Positions 8,642 through 19,044 are shown, numbered from the stretch's first letter. The stretch is 64,000 nt of DNA from Candidatus Omnitrophota bacterium (GCA_023227985.1 JALOCB010000007.1:399-64398), one strand, 5' to 3'. The notes: generated from the letters alone by a model not told the origin. Made by a program: numbers and translations.

Positions 8642-9141
8642 TGGAAAAGATTATGGAAGAAAATATCATCGAAGTACAAATGGCCGATATGCAGTTTGGC
8701 CAGGCGCCTGCTATATTGATCACCCGGGGGCTTGGTTCGTGCCTGGGCATCACTTTTTACGACCCTGCCAAAAAAATCGGGGCTATGGCCCACGCTATGC
8801 TCCCCGATATTAACATCGCGAAGATAAAGAGCAATCTTAACCGTTTTGTGAATTCCGCAATAGCCGCGATGCTGGCTGAGTTTGAAAAAAGAGGCTGTCC
8901 CAAGGGCCGCATTGTCGCCAAATTGTTCGGCGGCGCGCATATGTTCAGTTTTATAAGCAGCGACAGCGTGCTTAACGTCGGTCAGAAAAACATCGATACC
9001 GCCCTGGTCGTCCTGAAAGAGCATAATATCAAGATAGTCGGACAGGAAGTGGGCGGAACCTTTGGTAGGACTATCGAGTTGAATCTGGAGACAGGCGTAG
9101 TCCTGGTAAAGACCGTTTCCTGGGGAGAGAAGGAAGTGTAA
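8641..9141 (+). CDS. cheD: Chemoreceptor glutamine deamidase CheD
   Basis: GLGSCLGITFYDP contains the catalytic Cys motif. It overlaps the cheY stop. Confidence 0.85.
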   Translation: MEKIMEENIIEVQMADMQFGQAPAILITRGLGSCLGITFYDPAKKIGAMAHAMLPDINIAKIKSNLNRFVNSAIAAMLAEFEKRGCPKGRIVAKLFGGAHMFSFISSDSVLNVGQKNIDTALVVLKEHNIKIVGQEVGGTFGRTIELNLETGVVLVKTVSWGEKEV

Positions 9142-10187
9142 TGGAAACAGAAAAAATAAAGGTCATAGTTGTTGACGACTCGTTTTTGATGCGCAGGATT
9201 ATTTCCGATATCATAAACAGCGACGGATCTTTGGAGGTTGTCGCCCGGGCAAAAGACGGCAGGGATGCCTTGGAAAAGGTTCTCAGCCTGTCCCCCGACG
9301 TGGTGACCCTGGATATAAATCTTCCGGATATCAACGGCATAGACGTGCTTCAGGAGATAATGAAGAAGAGGCCCACCAGGGTGATCATGCTCTCCGCGTA
9401 TACCCGGTCGGGGGCGTCGGCCACAATGCGGGCATTGGAATTGGGCGCGGTTGATTTTATCGCCAAGCCTGCGGGGGAGATTTCTTTGGGGCTGGATAAA
9501 TTAAAGTCCGAGATAATCGCCAAGATAAAGACCGCGGCCAAGATCAATTTGGATAAATATCTGGACGGGTTCCGGGCGAAAGCGGATATTGCCGAAGACA
9601 AAAAGAAAGTATCAGATACCAAGAAATTAGTGGTTATCGGCGCTTCTACCGGCGGCCCCAAGGCGGTATTGGATATAATGCGTGATATCCCCGTTGATAT
9701 ACAGGCTTCATTTTTGATAGTGCAGCATATGCCAAAGGGCTTCACCCAGACTTTTGCCGAGAGGATAGGTTGGCAGTCGGGGATACGGGCAAAGGAGGCC
9801 GAAGAATCGGATAGTCTAGCTCCGGGCAGGGTTTTTGTCGCGCCGGCGGGATTCCATCTGGTGCTGGAAGAGTATAAGGATGAAGTGAAGATAAAGTTGA
9901 ATCAGGATCCTCCGGTGAATTTCGTCCGGCCTTCTATAGATGTTACGATGTTATCGACGGCCCGGATTTTCGGCAACAATGTGATCGGGGTGATACTTAC
10001 GGGGATGGGTAAAGACGGCTTTGAAGGCGTGAAAAAGATAAAGGAATGCGGCGGTAAGGTTATTGTTCAGGATGAGGCGACCTCGGTCGTCTGGGGTATG
10101 CCTGGCTCGGTGGCCCGGGCAGGTTTGGCGGATTCGATTTTGCCACTCTCGAATATCGCCCAGGAATTGCTGAAGTATATAAGATAG
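9141..10187 (+). CDS. cheB: Protein-glutamate methylesterase CheB (receiver plus methylesterase)
   Basis: An N-terminal receiver (KVIVVDDSFLMRR) and a C-terminal CheB domain (VVIGASTGGPKAV, IVQHMPKGFT). Confidence 0.9.
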   Translation: METEKIKVIVVDDSFLMRRIISDIINSDGSLEVVARAKDGRDALEKVLSLSPDVVTLDINLPDINGIDVLQEIMKKRPTRVIMLSAYTRSGASATMRALELGAVDFIAKPAGEISLGLDKLKSEIIAKIKTAAKINLDKYLDGFRAKADIAEDKKKVSDTKKLVVIGASTGGPKAVLDIMRDIPVDIQASFLIVQHMPKGFTQTFAERIGWQSGIRAKEAEESDSLAPGRVFVAPAGFHLVLEEYKDEVKIKLNQDPPVNFVRPSIDVTMLSTARIFGNNVIGVILTGMGKDGFEGVKKIKECGGKVIVQDEATSVVWGMPGSVARAGLADSILPLSNIAQELLKYIR

Positions 10188-10215
10188 AACATAAAAGCGG
10201 AGTCAATACTTATCG

Positions 10216-10821
10216 ATGGACGAAAAATTATCTCTTAACCAGGTGGACGTATTGAAAGAGATAGGCTCTATTGGTTCGGCGACTGCAGCCACCGCCCTGG
10301 CGGATATGATAGCTGAAAAGGTCGAGATCAATGTGCCTGAGGTCAGCATTGTTCCCCTGGAGAAGATATCTACTCTTTTTAACGGCGCGGAAAGACTGTT
10401 TTTTGTCCTGGATATGGAGATAAAAGGCGATATAGGCGGCAGGATATTCCTTATGCTTCCGCCCGAGGACGCCAAGTTCCTTTCCGGCGCTTTGCTGGGC
10501 AAGCCCAAAGAGGACATAGACATCAATGACGATATGTTCAAATCTTCTTTGCGGGAGGTTTGTAATATTCTTGGCGGGGCGTACGTTTCGGCATTGGCGG
10601 ATATGACCGGCCTGATGATACTCACCTCCATCCCTTCAATGGCTATGGATATGGTGGGCGCCATACTGGATTTTATATTCATCCAGATCGCCCAGGAATC
10701 AGAGGAGGCTATGTTCATCAAGACCGATCTTATTGTGAAAGGGCTGAAGCTCGAGGGTTTGTTCCTGTTGTTCCCGGATAATGAATCGTTAAAGAAGATA
10801 TTCGAGATATTGAAAGTTTAA
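10216..10821 (+). CDS. cheC: CheC-family phosphatase (paralog 3)
   Basis: VDVLKEIGSIGSATAATALADMI. 201 aa. Confidence 0.7.
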   Translation: MDEKLSLNQVDVLKEIGSIGSATAATALADMIAEKVEINVPEVSIVPLEKISTLFNGAERLFFVLDMEIKGDIGGRIFLMLPPEDAKFLSGALLGKPKEDIDINDDMFKSSLREVCNILGGAYVSALADMTGLMILTSIPSMAMDMVGAILDFIFIQIAQESEEAMFIKTDLIVKGLKLEGLFLLFPDNESLKKIFEILKV

Positions 10822-10837
10822 ACCAGGAGGAAGCGCT

Positions 10838-11338
10838 ATGGCTGAGCAGAAACCAAAAGAATACCAGTTGGTTGTTTTTACGATCGGGGAGGAAGAATTC
10901 GGCGTTGACATAAGCCAGGTGCGTGAGATCGTCCGGCTGGTCCAGATCACATATCTGCCCAAGGCCCCGGTATTTATTGAAGGCGTGGTTAATCTGCGCG
11001 GCCAGGTATTGGCGGTCATTGATCTTTCCAAACGGATCGGCGTGTCATCCAAGGAACGGGGCGAGAATACCCGGATCATCGTGGTCGAAGTGGGCGAGAA
11101 TACGGTTGGGATGATCGTGGATTCTGTTTCCGAGGTTTTAAGGCTTACATCCGATGCGGTTGAGGAAGTCCCCAGTCTGGTTGATACCGAGGTCCCGGAG
11201 CATTATATCCGGGGCGTGGGTAAACTTAAAGACAGGCTGTTGGTGCTTCTGGACCTGAATAAGATCCTGACCCCGGAGGAATTCCAGCATATGGAACGGC
11301 ATGTGAAGTCAGTGTCGGAAAAAGAAGGAAAGGCATAG
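10838..11338 (+). CDS. cheW: Chemotaxis coupling protein CheW
   Basis: A single CheW domain (YQLVVFTIGEEEFGVDISQVREIV). 166 aa. Confidence 0.9.
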   Translation: MAEQKPKEYQLVVFTIGEEEFGVDISQVREIVRLVQITYLPKAPVFIEGVVNLRGQVLAVIDLSKRIGVSSKERGENTRIIVVEVGENTVGMIVDSVSEVLRLTSDAVEEVPSLVDTEVPEHYIRGVGKLKDRLLVLLDLNKILTPEEFQHMERHVKSVSEKEGKA

Positions 11339-11400
11339 TAAACAATACGTTAGGTTTAACGTTTCGTTTAACGCTCAAGCCTTTTTAGCTTTTTCGCCAT

Positions 11401-11431
11401 CCGCCAGCCTCTCTGGCGGTTTATGGTTTTT
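11401..11431 (+). terminator. Probable intrinsic terminator at the end of the che operon
   Basis: CCGCCAG-cctct-CTGGCGG followed by TTTATGGTTTTT. Confidence 0.45.
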
Positions 11432-11439
11432 AGACAACC

Positions 11440-12084
11440 TTGAAAAAAATGAAATATTATCCGGTATTATTAGACCTAACAGGCAGGAAATGCTGCGTGG
11501 TCGGGGCGGGCTCTGTGGCTGAACGCAAAGCCAGGTCGCTTATCGATGCGCAAGCTGCGGTTGAGGTGATCAGCCCTGTGCTTTCTTGCGGATTGAAAGT
11601 TCTTTTGCGCAAAGGCAAGATCCGTCATATTGCCTCTGATTACCGCCCAGCCTTGATCAAAGGCGCGTTTTTAGTCATTGCCGCCACCGATCATAATAGA
11701 GTGAACCTGGCAATATCGCGTGACGCCCAAAAACACGGGATCCTTACCAATATCGTGGATGTCCCCGATATAAGCAACTTTATTGTCCCCTCGGTGATCC
11801 ATAAACACGGTTTGATCATAGCTATTTCCACCAGCGGCATGGCGCCCTGCCTTTCCAAGAAGATAAGGATTGAGCTTACAAAGGATTTCCTGCCGCGTTA
11901 CCTGAAACTTTTGAAGATAGTTGATGCGGCAAGAAAAGAGCTTAAGTCTTCCTGTCTAAAAGGGACAGTCAGGAAAGAACTGTTGACCCGGCTGGTTAAT
12001 TCGCCTAAGGCCTGCGGTTACAGTAAATGTTTTTCTAAAAAAGTACCCGGTAAGATCATCCGGGAAATTCTGTCTGAATTATAA
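11440..12084 (+). CDS. Precorrin-2 dehydrogenase / sirohydrochlorin ferrochelatase (siroheme synthase N-terminal domain; SirC/Met8-like)
   Basis: A Rossmann motif (CCVVGAGSVAERKARSL). 214 aa. It sits at the head of the heme operon. Confidence 0.7.
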   Translation: MKKMKYYPVLLDLTGRKCCVVGAGSVAERKARSLIDAQAAVEVISPVLSCGLKVLLRKGKIRHIASDYRPALIKGAFLVIAATDHNRVNLAISRDAQKHGILTNIVDVPDISNFIVPSVIHKHGLIIAISTSGMAPCLSKKIRIELTKDFLPRYLKLLKIVDAARKELKSSCLKGTVRKELLTRLVNSPKACGYSKCFSKKVPGKIIREILSEL

Positions 12085-12908
12085 TGCCTTTATACGAGAT
12101 TATTTTTAAATCCACATTCGGTTTATACCTGCTGGCCAGCGCGGGATTTTTTCTTTTTTTTATTACCCAGAATCATCGGATAGGATCAACGGCCGCCATA
12201 GCCGGTTTTTGCGGGTTTCTGTTGCATACGTCCATTCTTGTTTACCGCAGCCTTGCTCTCGGGTATCTGGCGGTCTCCAATCTTCACGAGTCTCTTTCAT
12301 TCTTTGTTTGGTTGGTCATGCTGGTTTATTTTATCGTAGAATCACGGCGCAGATTATGGGCCCACGCCGCGTTTATTATGCCTCTTGTGGTCTTAATGAT
12401 GGGATACGCCCTGGTCTTGGATAATCAGTCCAGTCCTTTGCCCGTCGCCCTTAAGAGCCCGTGGCTGGCGATACACGCTACTTTGTGTTTTTTGAGCTAT
12501 GCCTGTTTCCTTATGGCTTTTTGCCTTGGGATAATGTATCTTTGGCAGGAGCGTGAGCTTAAATCCCGGAAACCGGATATGTTCTTTTTTCGCCTGCCTT
12601 CATTAGGGTTGATGGACCGGCTGGGTTTCCGCGCTGTGAGTTTCGGGTTCGTTTGTTTGAGCCTGGGGATCATCAGCGGATCGGTCTGGGCCCAGCAGGC
12701 CTGGGGATCGTTCTGGAGTTGGGATCCCAAAGAAACCTGGTCGTTGGTCACATGGTTTATTTATTTGGTATATCTGCACGGCCGGTTTATATCCGGCTGG
12801 CAGGGCAGGAAAAGCGCTTATGTGGCTATCCTGGGTTTTTTGACCGTGCTTTTTACTTATTTCGGGGTCAGCCTGTTGTTTTCCGGGTTGCATTCTTATT
12901 TCAAGTAA
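12084..12908 (+). CDS. hemX: HemX / CcsA-family membrane protein (cytochrome c assembly-like), found in the hemAXCDBL-type context
   Basis: Polytopic, with a Trp-rich WGSFWSWDPKETWSLVTWFIYLVYLHGR (WWD-like) motif. It lies immediately upstream of hemA. Confidence 0.6.
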   Translation: MPLYEIIFKSTFGLYLLASAGFFLFFITQNHRIGSTAAIAGFCGFLLHTSILVYRSLALGYLAVSNLHESLSFFVWLVMLVYFIVESRRRLWAHAAFIMPLVVLMMGYALVLDNQSSPLPVALKSPWLAIHATLCFLSYACFLMAFCLGIMYLWQERELKSRKPDMFFFRLPSLGLMDRLGFRAVSFGFVCLSLGIISGSVWAQQAWGSFWSWDPKETWSLVTWFIYLVYLHGRFISGWQGRKSAYVAILGFLTVLFTYFGVSLLFSGLHSYFK

Positions 12909-12909
12909 T

Positions 12910-13956
12910 ATGAACATACAAATAATCGGCCTTAACCATAAAACCGCTCCCATAGAGGTGCGCGAGCGGATATCTATACGCCCGGAAACCATTCCCGGCG
13001 CTTTAAGCGCGTTGAAGAGCTGCGGCTGTATACAGGAAGCGTTGATCCTGTCCACTTGCAACCGTACCGAGATATACGCTGTAGCTGAGAATAACCCTCA
13101 GGGGCTGATCTCGATAAGAAGTTTTATCAGCGACTTCCATAAAATAGCCTTAAATGCCTTTGAAGGCCATCTGTACAGTTTTAGCGGCAAAGACGCGGTA
13201 AGGCATTTGTTCAGGGTGGCCTCTTCCCTTGATTCGATGATCGTGGGTGAAACGCAGATCTTCGGCCAGGTAAAAGACGCTTATTTCGCGGCCAGGCAGT
13301 ATAACGCCGCGGGCCGGTGTTTATCCTGCCTGTTTGAAGAGGCGATCAGGGTCGGTAAAAAGGTGCGCACTGATACGCAGATCGGCAAAGGAGCGGTATC
13401 CACCACTACCGCGGCCATAGAATTGTCGCGCAAGATATTCGAGACCCTGGAAAATAAAAAGGTTTTGATAATCGGCGCGGGAAAGATCGGCGAGCTTACG
13501 GTGAAAAATCTTAATTCGCGCGGGGTAAGGACGGTAATGGTGGCTAACCGCACTTTCGCCAGGGCGGAGGAACTGGCCCGGATATTCTGCGGCGAGGCGA
13601 TCAAGTTTGAAGGGATATCCGCAGCGCTAAAAAACACTGATATCGTGATCAGCTCTACCAGCGCCCCGCATTTTGTCCTGAATAAGGAGGATATCATTGC
13701 GGTCATGCGTTCCAGGAAGAGCGGGCCTTTATTCATGATCGACCTGGGGCTCCCCCGCAATATCGATCCGCAGGTAAACGGGATCGATAATGTTTATCTT
13801 TATAACATCGATGACCTGGCCCAGGTGGCCGACGCTAATATAAAAGACCGCCGCAAGGAGGCAGCCAAGGCCGAGGCGATAATCGATCTCTGCGTGGAAT
13901 CTGCGGTAAAAAGGTTGAATGAGATAAAAGAGCAGAAGGAATCTATCTTAAAGTGA
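12910..13956 (+). CDS. hemA: Glutamyl-tRNA reductase
   Basis: IIGLNHKTAPIEVRE, the active-site motif LSTCNRTEIY, and an NADP-binding GAGKIGE. Confidence 0.9.
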   Translation: MNIQIIGLNHKTAPIEVRERISIRPETIPGALSALKSCGCIQEALILSTCNRTEIYAVAENNPQGLISIRSFISDFHKIALNAFEGHLYSFSGKDAVRHLFRVASSLDSMIVGETQIFGQVKDAYFAARQYNAAGRCLSCLFEEAIRVGKKVRTDTQIGKGAVSTTTAAIELSRKIFETLENKKVLIIGAGKIGELTVKNLNSRGVRTVMVANRTFARAEELARIFCGEAIKFEGISAALKNTDIVISSTSAPHFVLNKEDIIAVMRSRKSGPLFMIDLGLPRNIDPQVNGIDNVYLYNIDDLAQVADANIKDRRKEAAKAEAIIDLCVESAVKRLNEIKEQKESILK

Positions 13957-14873
13957 ATAAAAGAATGATAACCGTCGGAGCCAGGGGAAGCCTTTTGTCC
14001 GTGGCTCAGACTGAAGGCGTGATCAGGTCGTTAAAACGCAGATTTCCCCGATACGTTTTTACTTTAAAGCGGATAACCACTTTGGGCGATACGAGCAAGA
14101 CCTGGAGCCGTCAGGATCAGGGGATATTCGTAAAAGAGATAGAAGAGCAGCTTTTAAACGGGCAGATCGATCTGGCTGTTCACAGCGTCAAGGACCTGCC
14201 TTCGCAAATACCCCCGGGTCTTAATCTCGCCGGTATTACCAAAAGGGTTGATCCCCGCGATCTTCTGGTCAGCCGGGATGGAGCGGCTCTGGGCGATCTG
14301 AAACCGGGAGCGCTGGTGGGGACCAGTAGCCTGCGCCGCAAAGCATTCCTGATGATCCACAGGCCGGATCTGCGGGTCAGCGATCTGAGGGGCAATCTCG
14401 ACACCCGGCTGCGCAAGCTCAATGAAGGCCAATATGACGCGATCATAGTGGCGGCAGCGGGAATTAAAAGGCTGGGGATCAAGGGGTTCAAAGGGAAAAA
14501 GATCTCCGCGGATATTATGCTTCCTGCCTGCGGCCAGGGCGCGTTGGGGATCGAAGTAAGATCAACAGACCGGCAAATGGTCAGGCTTGCCCGCGCGATA
14601 AATTGTCCCCGGACATATGCCTGCGTTTGCTGCGAACGGGAATTCTTGCGCCGGGTCGGCGGAGGGTGCCGTTTACCCATAGCGTCATTTGCCAGGATGA
14701 TCAAAGGCAATATTTGCCTGAGCGTGTTGATCGCCAGTTTAGACGGTAAAATATCAGTCAGCTTGAAAAAAACTGTTCCGGTAAAAAAATATCTTGTTCT
14801 GGCCAGGGAGCTGGCTGAACAGGCTTTGGATAAAGGCGCAAGGCGGATACTAGAGGATATAAATAATGGGTAA
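13953..14873 (+). CDS. hemC: Porphobilinogen deaminase (hydroxymethylbilane synthase)
   Basis: ITVGARGSLLSVAQTE. 306 aa. Overlaps hemA. Confidence 0.9.
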   Translation: MNKRMITVGARGSLLSVAQTEGVIRSLKRRFPRYVFTLKRITTLGDTSKTWSRQDQGIFVKEIEEQLLNGQIDLAVHSVKDLPSQIPPGLNLAGITKRVDPRDLLVSRDGAALGDLKPGALVGTSSLRRKAFLMIHRPDLRVSDLRGNLDTRLRKLNEGQYDAIIVAAAGIKRLGIKGFKGKKISADIMLPACGQGALGIEVRSTDRQMVRLARAINCPRTYACVCCEREFLRRVGGGCRLPIASFARMIKGNICLSVLIASLDGKISVSLKKTVPVKKYLVLARELAEQALDKGARRILEDINNG

Positions 14874-16395
14874 GAAGAATAAAGGCAGGGTTTATCTTAT
14901 CGGCGCAGGCCCCGGTGATCCGGAGCTTTTAACGCTTAAAGGGAAAAGATTATTGGGTCAGGCCGATGTTGTAGTCTACGACCGGCTGGTCAATCCGCGG
15001 ATCTTGGAGCATATCCCTGCCGGCGTGGAACGCATTTATGTCGGGAAGGCTTCCAGTAGGCATACCTTATCTCAGGATAAGATCAATATGCTCCTGGTCA
15101 AGCTGGCGGAAAGCGGCAAAGACGTAGTGCGCCTAAAAGGAGGCGACCCTTTTGTTTTTGGCCGGGGAGGAGAAGAGGTGTTGACCCTGGTCAGCCGGAA
15201 GATCCCGTTCGAGATCGTGCCGGGAATAACCAGCGCGATCGCCGTGCCCGCTTATGCCGGTATTCCTGTCACTCAGAGAGGGCTGACTTCCTCTTTTGGG
15301 ATATTCACCGGGCAGGAAGACCCGGAAAAGGAAAACTCCAGCATAGATTGGCAGAAGATATCGACCGGTTTGGGGACTCTGGTGTTCCTGATGGGTTTTG
15401 AGAACCTGGAAAAGATAACCCGCACGCTTATGAAATTCGGCCGCAAGCCCAATACCCCATGCTGTCTTATACAATGGGGAACTTTGCCGGGGCAAAGAAG
15501 TCTGGTGGCCGGATTGGGCGATATATTCATCAAAGCTAAAAAAGAGCGATTTTCCGCACCGGCTATTTTGGTAGTGGGAGAGGTTGTTTCACTAAAGAAG
15601 AAAATAGACTGGTTCGAGAAAAGGCCGTTATTCGGCAAGAAAATACTGGTTACTGTTCCGTCTGATGATTCAGCCCGGTTGAGCAGGATGATGGAAGGCC
15701 AGGGCGGTGAGTGCCGGGATCTTCCGATGATCGCCATTAAGCCTTTGGACGATTATAGCGCCTTAGATAAAGCGATAAAACAGATCGCTGAGTTTGACTG
15801 GGTGATCTTTACCAGCCGCAACGGGGTAAAGTTCTTTAGATCCAGGCTGGACCAGCTTAAGAAGGATGTGCGGATATTAAAAGGGGTGAAACTCGCGTGC
15901 ATCGGCCCTAAGACGGAGGAGAGTCTGAAGGATGCTCTGGGCATAGGAGTGGATATCCGGCCTGAAGAATTCCGCCAGGAAGGTTTGCTCCAGGCTTTCA
16001 AAAAAGCCGGCGTCAAGGATAAAAAGATATTGATAGTCCGGGCTATGGAAGCCAGGGATGTTCTGCCCGAAGGTTTGCGTAAAATGGGCGCGGATGTGCG
16101 GGTTTTAGCGGCTTATAGGACTGTTCCGGCAGGCCGCAAGCCGGGCGGAGATAAAGACCTTAAAGAGATAGCTATGGTTACTTTTACCAGTTCTTCCTGC
16201 GTAGAAGGATTTTTCAGGGCTTTCTCGACCAGGGCTATCCGGACGGCAAAGCGCCGGTTTTTGACTTGTTCGATCGGCCCGGTAACTTCGGCGACTTGCA
16301 GGAAATTCGGGCTTAAGGTAGATATCGAGGCAAAAGAATATACCCTGGAAGGCTTGGTCAAGGCTGTTACCGGATATTTCAGGAAAGGCAAGTAA
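14866..16395 (+). CDS. Uroporphyrinogen-III C-methyltransferase fused to uroporphyrinogen-III synthase (CobA-HemD)
   Basis: An N-terminal SUMT (VYLIGAGPGDPELLTLKG) and a C-terminal ~250-aa HemD-like half. 509 aa. Confidence 0.85.
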   Translation: MGKKNKGRVYLIGAGPGDPELLTLKGKRLLGQADVVVYDRLVNPRILEHIPAGVERIYVGKASSRHTLSQDKINMLLVKLAESGKDVVRLKGGDPFVFGRGGEEVLTLVSRKIPFEIVPGITSAIAVPAYAGIPVTQRGLTSSFGIFTGQEDPEKENSSIDWQKISTGLGTLVFLMGFENLEKITRTLMKFGRKPNTPCCLIQWGTLPGQRSLVAGLGDIFIKAKKERFSAPAILVVGEVVSLKKKIDWFEKRPLFGKKILVTVPSDDSARLSRMMEGQGGECRDLPMIAIKPLDDYSALDKAIKQIAEFDWVIFTSRNGVKFFRSRLDQLKKDVRILKGVKLACIGPKTEESLKDALGIGVDIRPEEFRQEGLLQAFKKAGVKDKKILIVRAMEARDVLPEGLRKMGADVRVLAAYRTVPAGRKPGGDKDLKEIAMVTFTSSSCVEGFFRAFSTRAIRTAKRRFLTCSIGPVTSATCRKFGLKVDIEAKEYTLEGLVKAVTGYFRKGK

Positions 16396-17573
16396 TGATA
16401 AATATTACAAAACTGTTGTGCGACCTGTCGTCTTATGGAGACGAGCTCAGGTATAAAAAGGGGATGACCGCTTATAACCGCCGGCCGATAGTGGTCTGGA
16501 ATTGCTCGCGCAAATGCAACCTTTCCTGTATCCATTGTTATTCCAATTCCGCGAATGCCGATTACGAAGGCGAGCTTTCCACGCAGGAAGCAAAAAAGAT
16601 GATAGATGATCTGGCGGAATTCAAAGTCCCGGTGCTTTTATTTTCCGGCGGCGAACCTTTGCTTAGGCAGGACCTTTTTGAGCTTAATGATTACGCCCAT
16701 AAGCGGAATATTAAAACGGTTATTTCCACTAACGGCACTCTGATCGATAATGTCCTGGCCCGCAGGATAAAAGACGCAAGCGTGGATTATGTGGGCGTCA
16801 GCCTGGACGGGATAGGTCCGAACAACGACCGGTTCAGAGGGATGAAAGGCGCGTTTGATCTGGCCCTTTCCGGGATAAGGAGCCTGGTCGAGGTAAAACA
16901 GAAGGTGGGATTGAGATTTACCATCACCCGGCATAATTATCCCGACCTGAAAGGGATCTTCAAGCTGGTTGAAGATGAGGCTATTGACCGGATCTGTTTT
17001 TATCATCTGGTTTATTCCGGCAGGGGGTGCAAAATGACCGAGGATGACCTGGAGCGCTCTGATATGCGCCAGTGCATCGACGATATCTGCGCCTGGGCTG
17101 TTGCTATGCACAAAAAGGGGATGAATAAAGAGGTCCTCACCGTGGATAACCACGCTGACGCGATTTATATTTACCTTAAAACCAGGAAGAGCGATCCGGC
17201 CAAAGCAGGGGAAGTCCTTAGGCTGCTGCAATACAATAAAGGCAATGCTTCGGGTATTGCCATAGCTAACGTGGATAACCGGGGTTTCGTTCACCCTGAC
17301 CAGTTCTGGCAGAGCCAGACTTTTGGCAACGTCCGCCAGCGCAAATTCGGGGATATCTGGATGGATACCTCCAACGAGGTGATGGCGAAATTAAAAGAAC
17401 GCATACCTCATATCAAGGGCCGCTGCGCCAGATGCGGGTTCCTGACCCTTTGCAACGCCAATTTCCGGGTCAGGGCGGAAACGATATTCAAGGATATGTG
17501 GCAGGAAGATCCGGCGTGTTATCTTACCGAGGAGGAAATATGTTTTATCCCGTCTGTCGTCCTAAAAGATTAA
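16395..17573 (+). CDS. Radical SAM enzyme of the alternative heme pathway, probably AhbC-like (Fe-coproporphyrin synthase) or NirJ-like
   Basis: A CxxxCxxC motif (CNLSCIHCY) in a heme operon. 392 aa. The AhbC-versus-AhbD assignment is inferred from length and C-terminus only. Confidence 0.55.
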   Translation: MINITKLLCDLSSYGDELRYKKGMTAYNRRPIVVWNCSRKCNLSCIHCYSNSANADYEGELSTQEAKKMIDDLAEFKVPVLLFSGGEPLLRQDLFELNDYAHKRNIKTVISTNGTLIDNVLARRIKDASVDYVGVSLDGIGPNNDRFRGMKGAFDLALSGIRSLVEVKQKVGLRFTITRHNYPDLKGIFKLVEDEAIDRICFYHLVYSGRGCKMTEDDLERSDMRQCIDDICAWAVAMHKKGMNKEVLTVDNHADAIYIYLKTRKSDPAKAGEVLRLLQYNKGNASGIAIANVDNRGFVHPDQFWQSQTFGNVRQRKFGDIWMDTSNEVMAKLKERIPHIKGRCARCGFLTLCNANFRVRAETIFKDMWQEDPACYLTEEEICFIPSVVLKD

Positions 17574-18532
17574 GGCAGAACGATAAATTCCGCAGGCTGG
17601 TCAGGGAGAACCGGGTCAGCCCGGATAATCTTATCGCGCCTTTTTTTGTCTTACCGGGTAAGAATATCAAGAAGCCGATCAACGCTATGCCCGGAAATTT
17701 CCAGTTGTCGATAGACAACCTTTTGCGTGAGGTAAAACAGGTAAGGGACCTGGGCATACCGGCGATAATGCTTTTCGGGATACCCCGGAAAAAAGACAAC
17801 CTGGGGACAGAGGCGTACGCCGAATACGGAATAGTGCAGCAGGCGATCCGCGAGATAAAGAAAAAGGTGCCGGATATACTGGTGGTCACAGACGTGTGCC
17901 TGTGTGAATACACCAGCCATGGCCATTGCGGCATTGTCACCAAGGCAGGCAAAGAAAAGGGTTATTTTAATATCGACAATGACGCTACCCTGGAACTATT
18001 AGCTAATACCGCTATTTCGCATGTCCAGGCAGGCGCGGATATGGTCGGGCCTTCAGCGATGATGGACGGACAGGTCCAGGCGATCAGGCAAGGGTTGGAT
18101 GAAGCCGGTTATCTAGAAACCCCGATCATGGCTTACAGCGCCAAATACGCCTCGGGTTTTTACGGGCCTTTCCGCCAGGCGGCAGGATCAACTCCGCAAT
18201 TCGGCGACCGCAGGTCATATCAGATGGACCCGGCTAACAGCCGTGAGGCGGTCAGGGAAGTGGAATTGGATATTGCCGAAGGCGCGGATATCGTTATGGT
18301 CAAGCCCGCTCTGGCATATTTGGATATAATCGCTAAAGTTAAAGATAAATTCAATGTCCCGGTGGCCGCGTATAACGTGAGCGGGGAGTTTTCCATGGTC
18401 AAGGCCGCGGATAAGGCCGGCTGGATAGACGGGCAAAGGGTGGCCCGGGAAATTTTGACCGCGATCAAGCGCGCCGGAGCGGATATCATTATCACCTATC
18501 ACGCTAAAGAGATCGCCGGTTCATTGAAATGA
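17540..18532 (+). CDS. hemB: Porphobilinogen synthase (delta-aminolevulinate dehydratase)
   Basis: Start at [13 protein letters not shown] after the RBS GGAGGAA. Conserved active-site lysine regions are present. The ORF track's upstream extension overlaps the preceding gene. Confidence 0.9.
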   Translation: MFYPVCRPKRLRQNDKFRRLVRENRVSPDNLIAPFFVLPGKNIKKPINAMPGNFQLSIDNLLREVKQVRDLGIPAIMLFGIPRKKDNLGTEAYAEYGIVQQAIREIKKKVPDILVVTDVCLCEYTSHGHCGIVTKAGKEKGYFNIDNDATLELLANTAISHVQAGADMVGPSAMMDGQVQAIRQGLDEAGYLETPIMAYSAKYASGFYGPFRQAAGSTPQFGDRRSYQMDPANSREAVREVELDIAEGADIVMVKPALAYLDIIAKVKDKFNVPVAAYNVSGEFSMVKAADKAGWIDGQRVAREILTAIKRAGADIIITYHAKEIAGSLK

Positions 18533-19044
18533 AACTTTCGTATTGCTCTTTATAAATTTTAACGGGTCCTGTTTTTAGCTTTGTGGCTTTGCTTCGCGCA
18601 CGGAGTATTTTTGCCGTACGCTACGGTTTACGCCTCATTCCCGTAGCGGCTTTCGCCAGGCGTTTCGATACTCCCATTCGGCGTAATCCCTTGCGTACAT
18701 CTGCCGGAAATCTCCTGATTGTGCGCTCCAGCAAACCCACAAAAGTATAATCTAATTCGTTAAAACGAGAATTGTTCAAGAACAGTTTAATTGAATAAAT
18801 GAATCTGGCGGTTTGCGAGCGAATGGAGGTTTTAGCCAAAGCAGCTTGAGCTGGCGAGGGCATCCAAACGCGTAAACATTTGGACGACGAGCATGTTCGA
18901 GACCGTCTTGGGCGGTAAGCCCGACGGGCGAGTTGCGCAGGAGCCGAGAAAGCGAAAGACCTTTGGCGGCCTGATAGGGTAAAACCGACTTTGAGCGAGG
19001 AACCCGGCAGATTCATTAATCAGAATATTATTTTTAAGAAAACT

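Noticed and set aside
12084-12908. HemX/CcsA-like gene read as a second bona fide cytochrome c heme lyase.
   Set aside because: A true CcsB-CcsA pair is present at 23085-24880. The position between the siroheme-branch gene and hemA matches the hemAX arrangement, so a HemX-type regulator is more likely. It is kept as a family-level call.
18621-19016. Reverse-strand 131-aa ORF and the overlapping 143-aa ORF in the heme-operon gap.
   Set aside because: The translations are Arg/Ser/Pro-rich low-complexity sequence with no motif, antisense to an operon. They are most likely artefacts.
18533-19044. I considered whether the 0.5-kb gap encodes RNase P RNA, tmRNA, SRP RNA or a cobalamin riboswitch, prompted by GAACCCGGC and GTTCGAGAC strings.
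   Set aside because: The partner strands or motifs these RNAs require are absent on either strand. For RNase P that is AGGAAAGTCCGGGC P4-5'. For tmRNA it is the tRNA-like ends. For cobalamin it is the B12 box. I have left it as an unassigned structured region.
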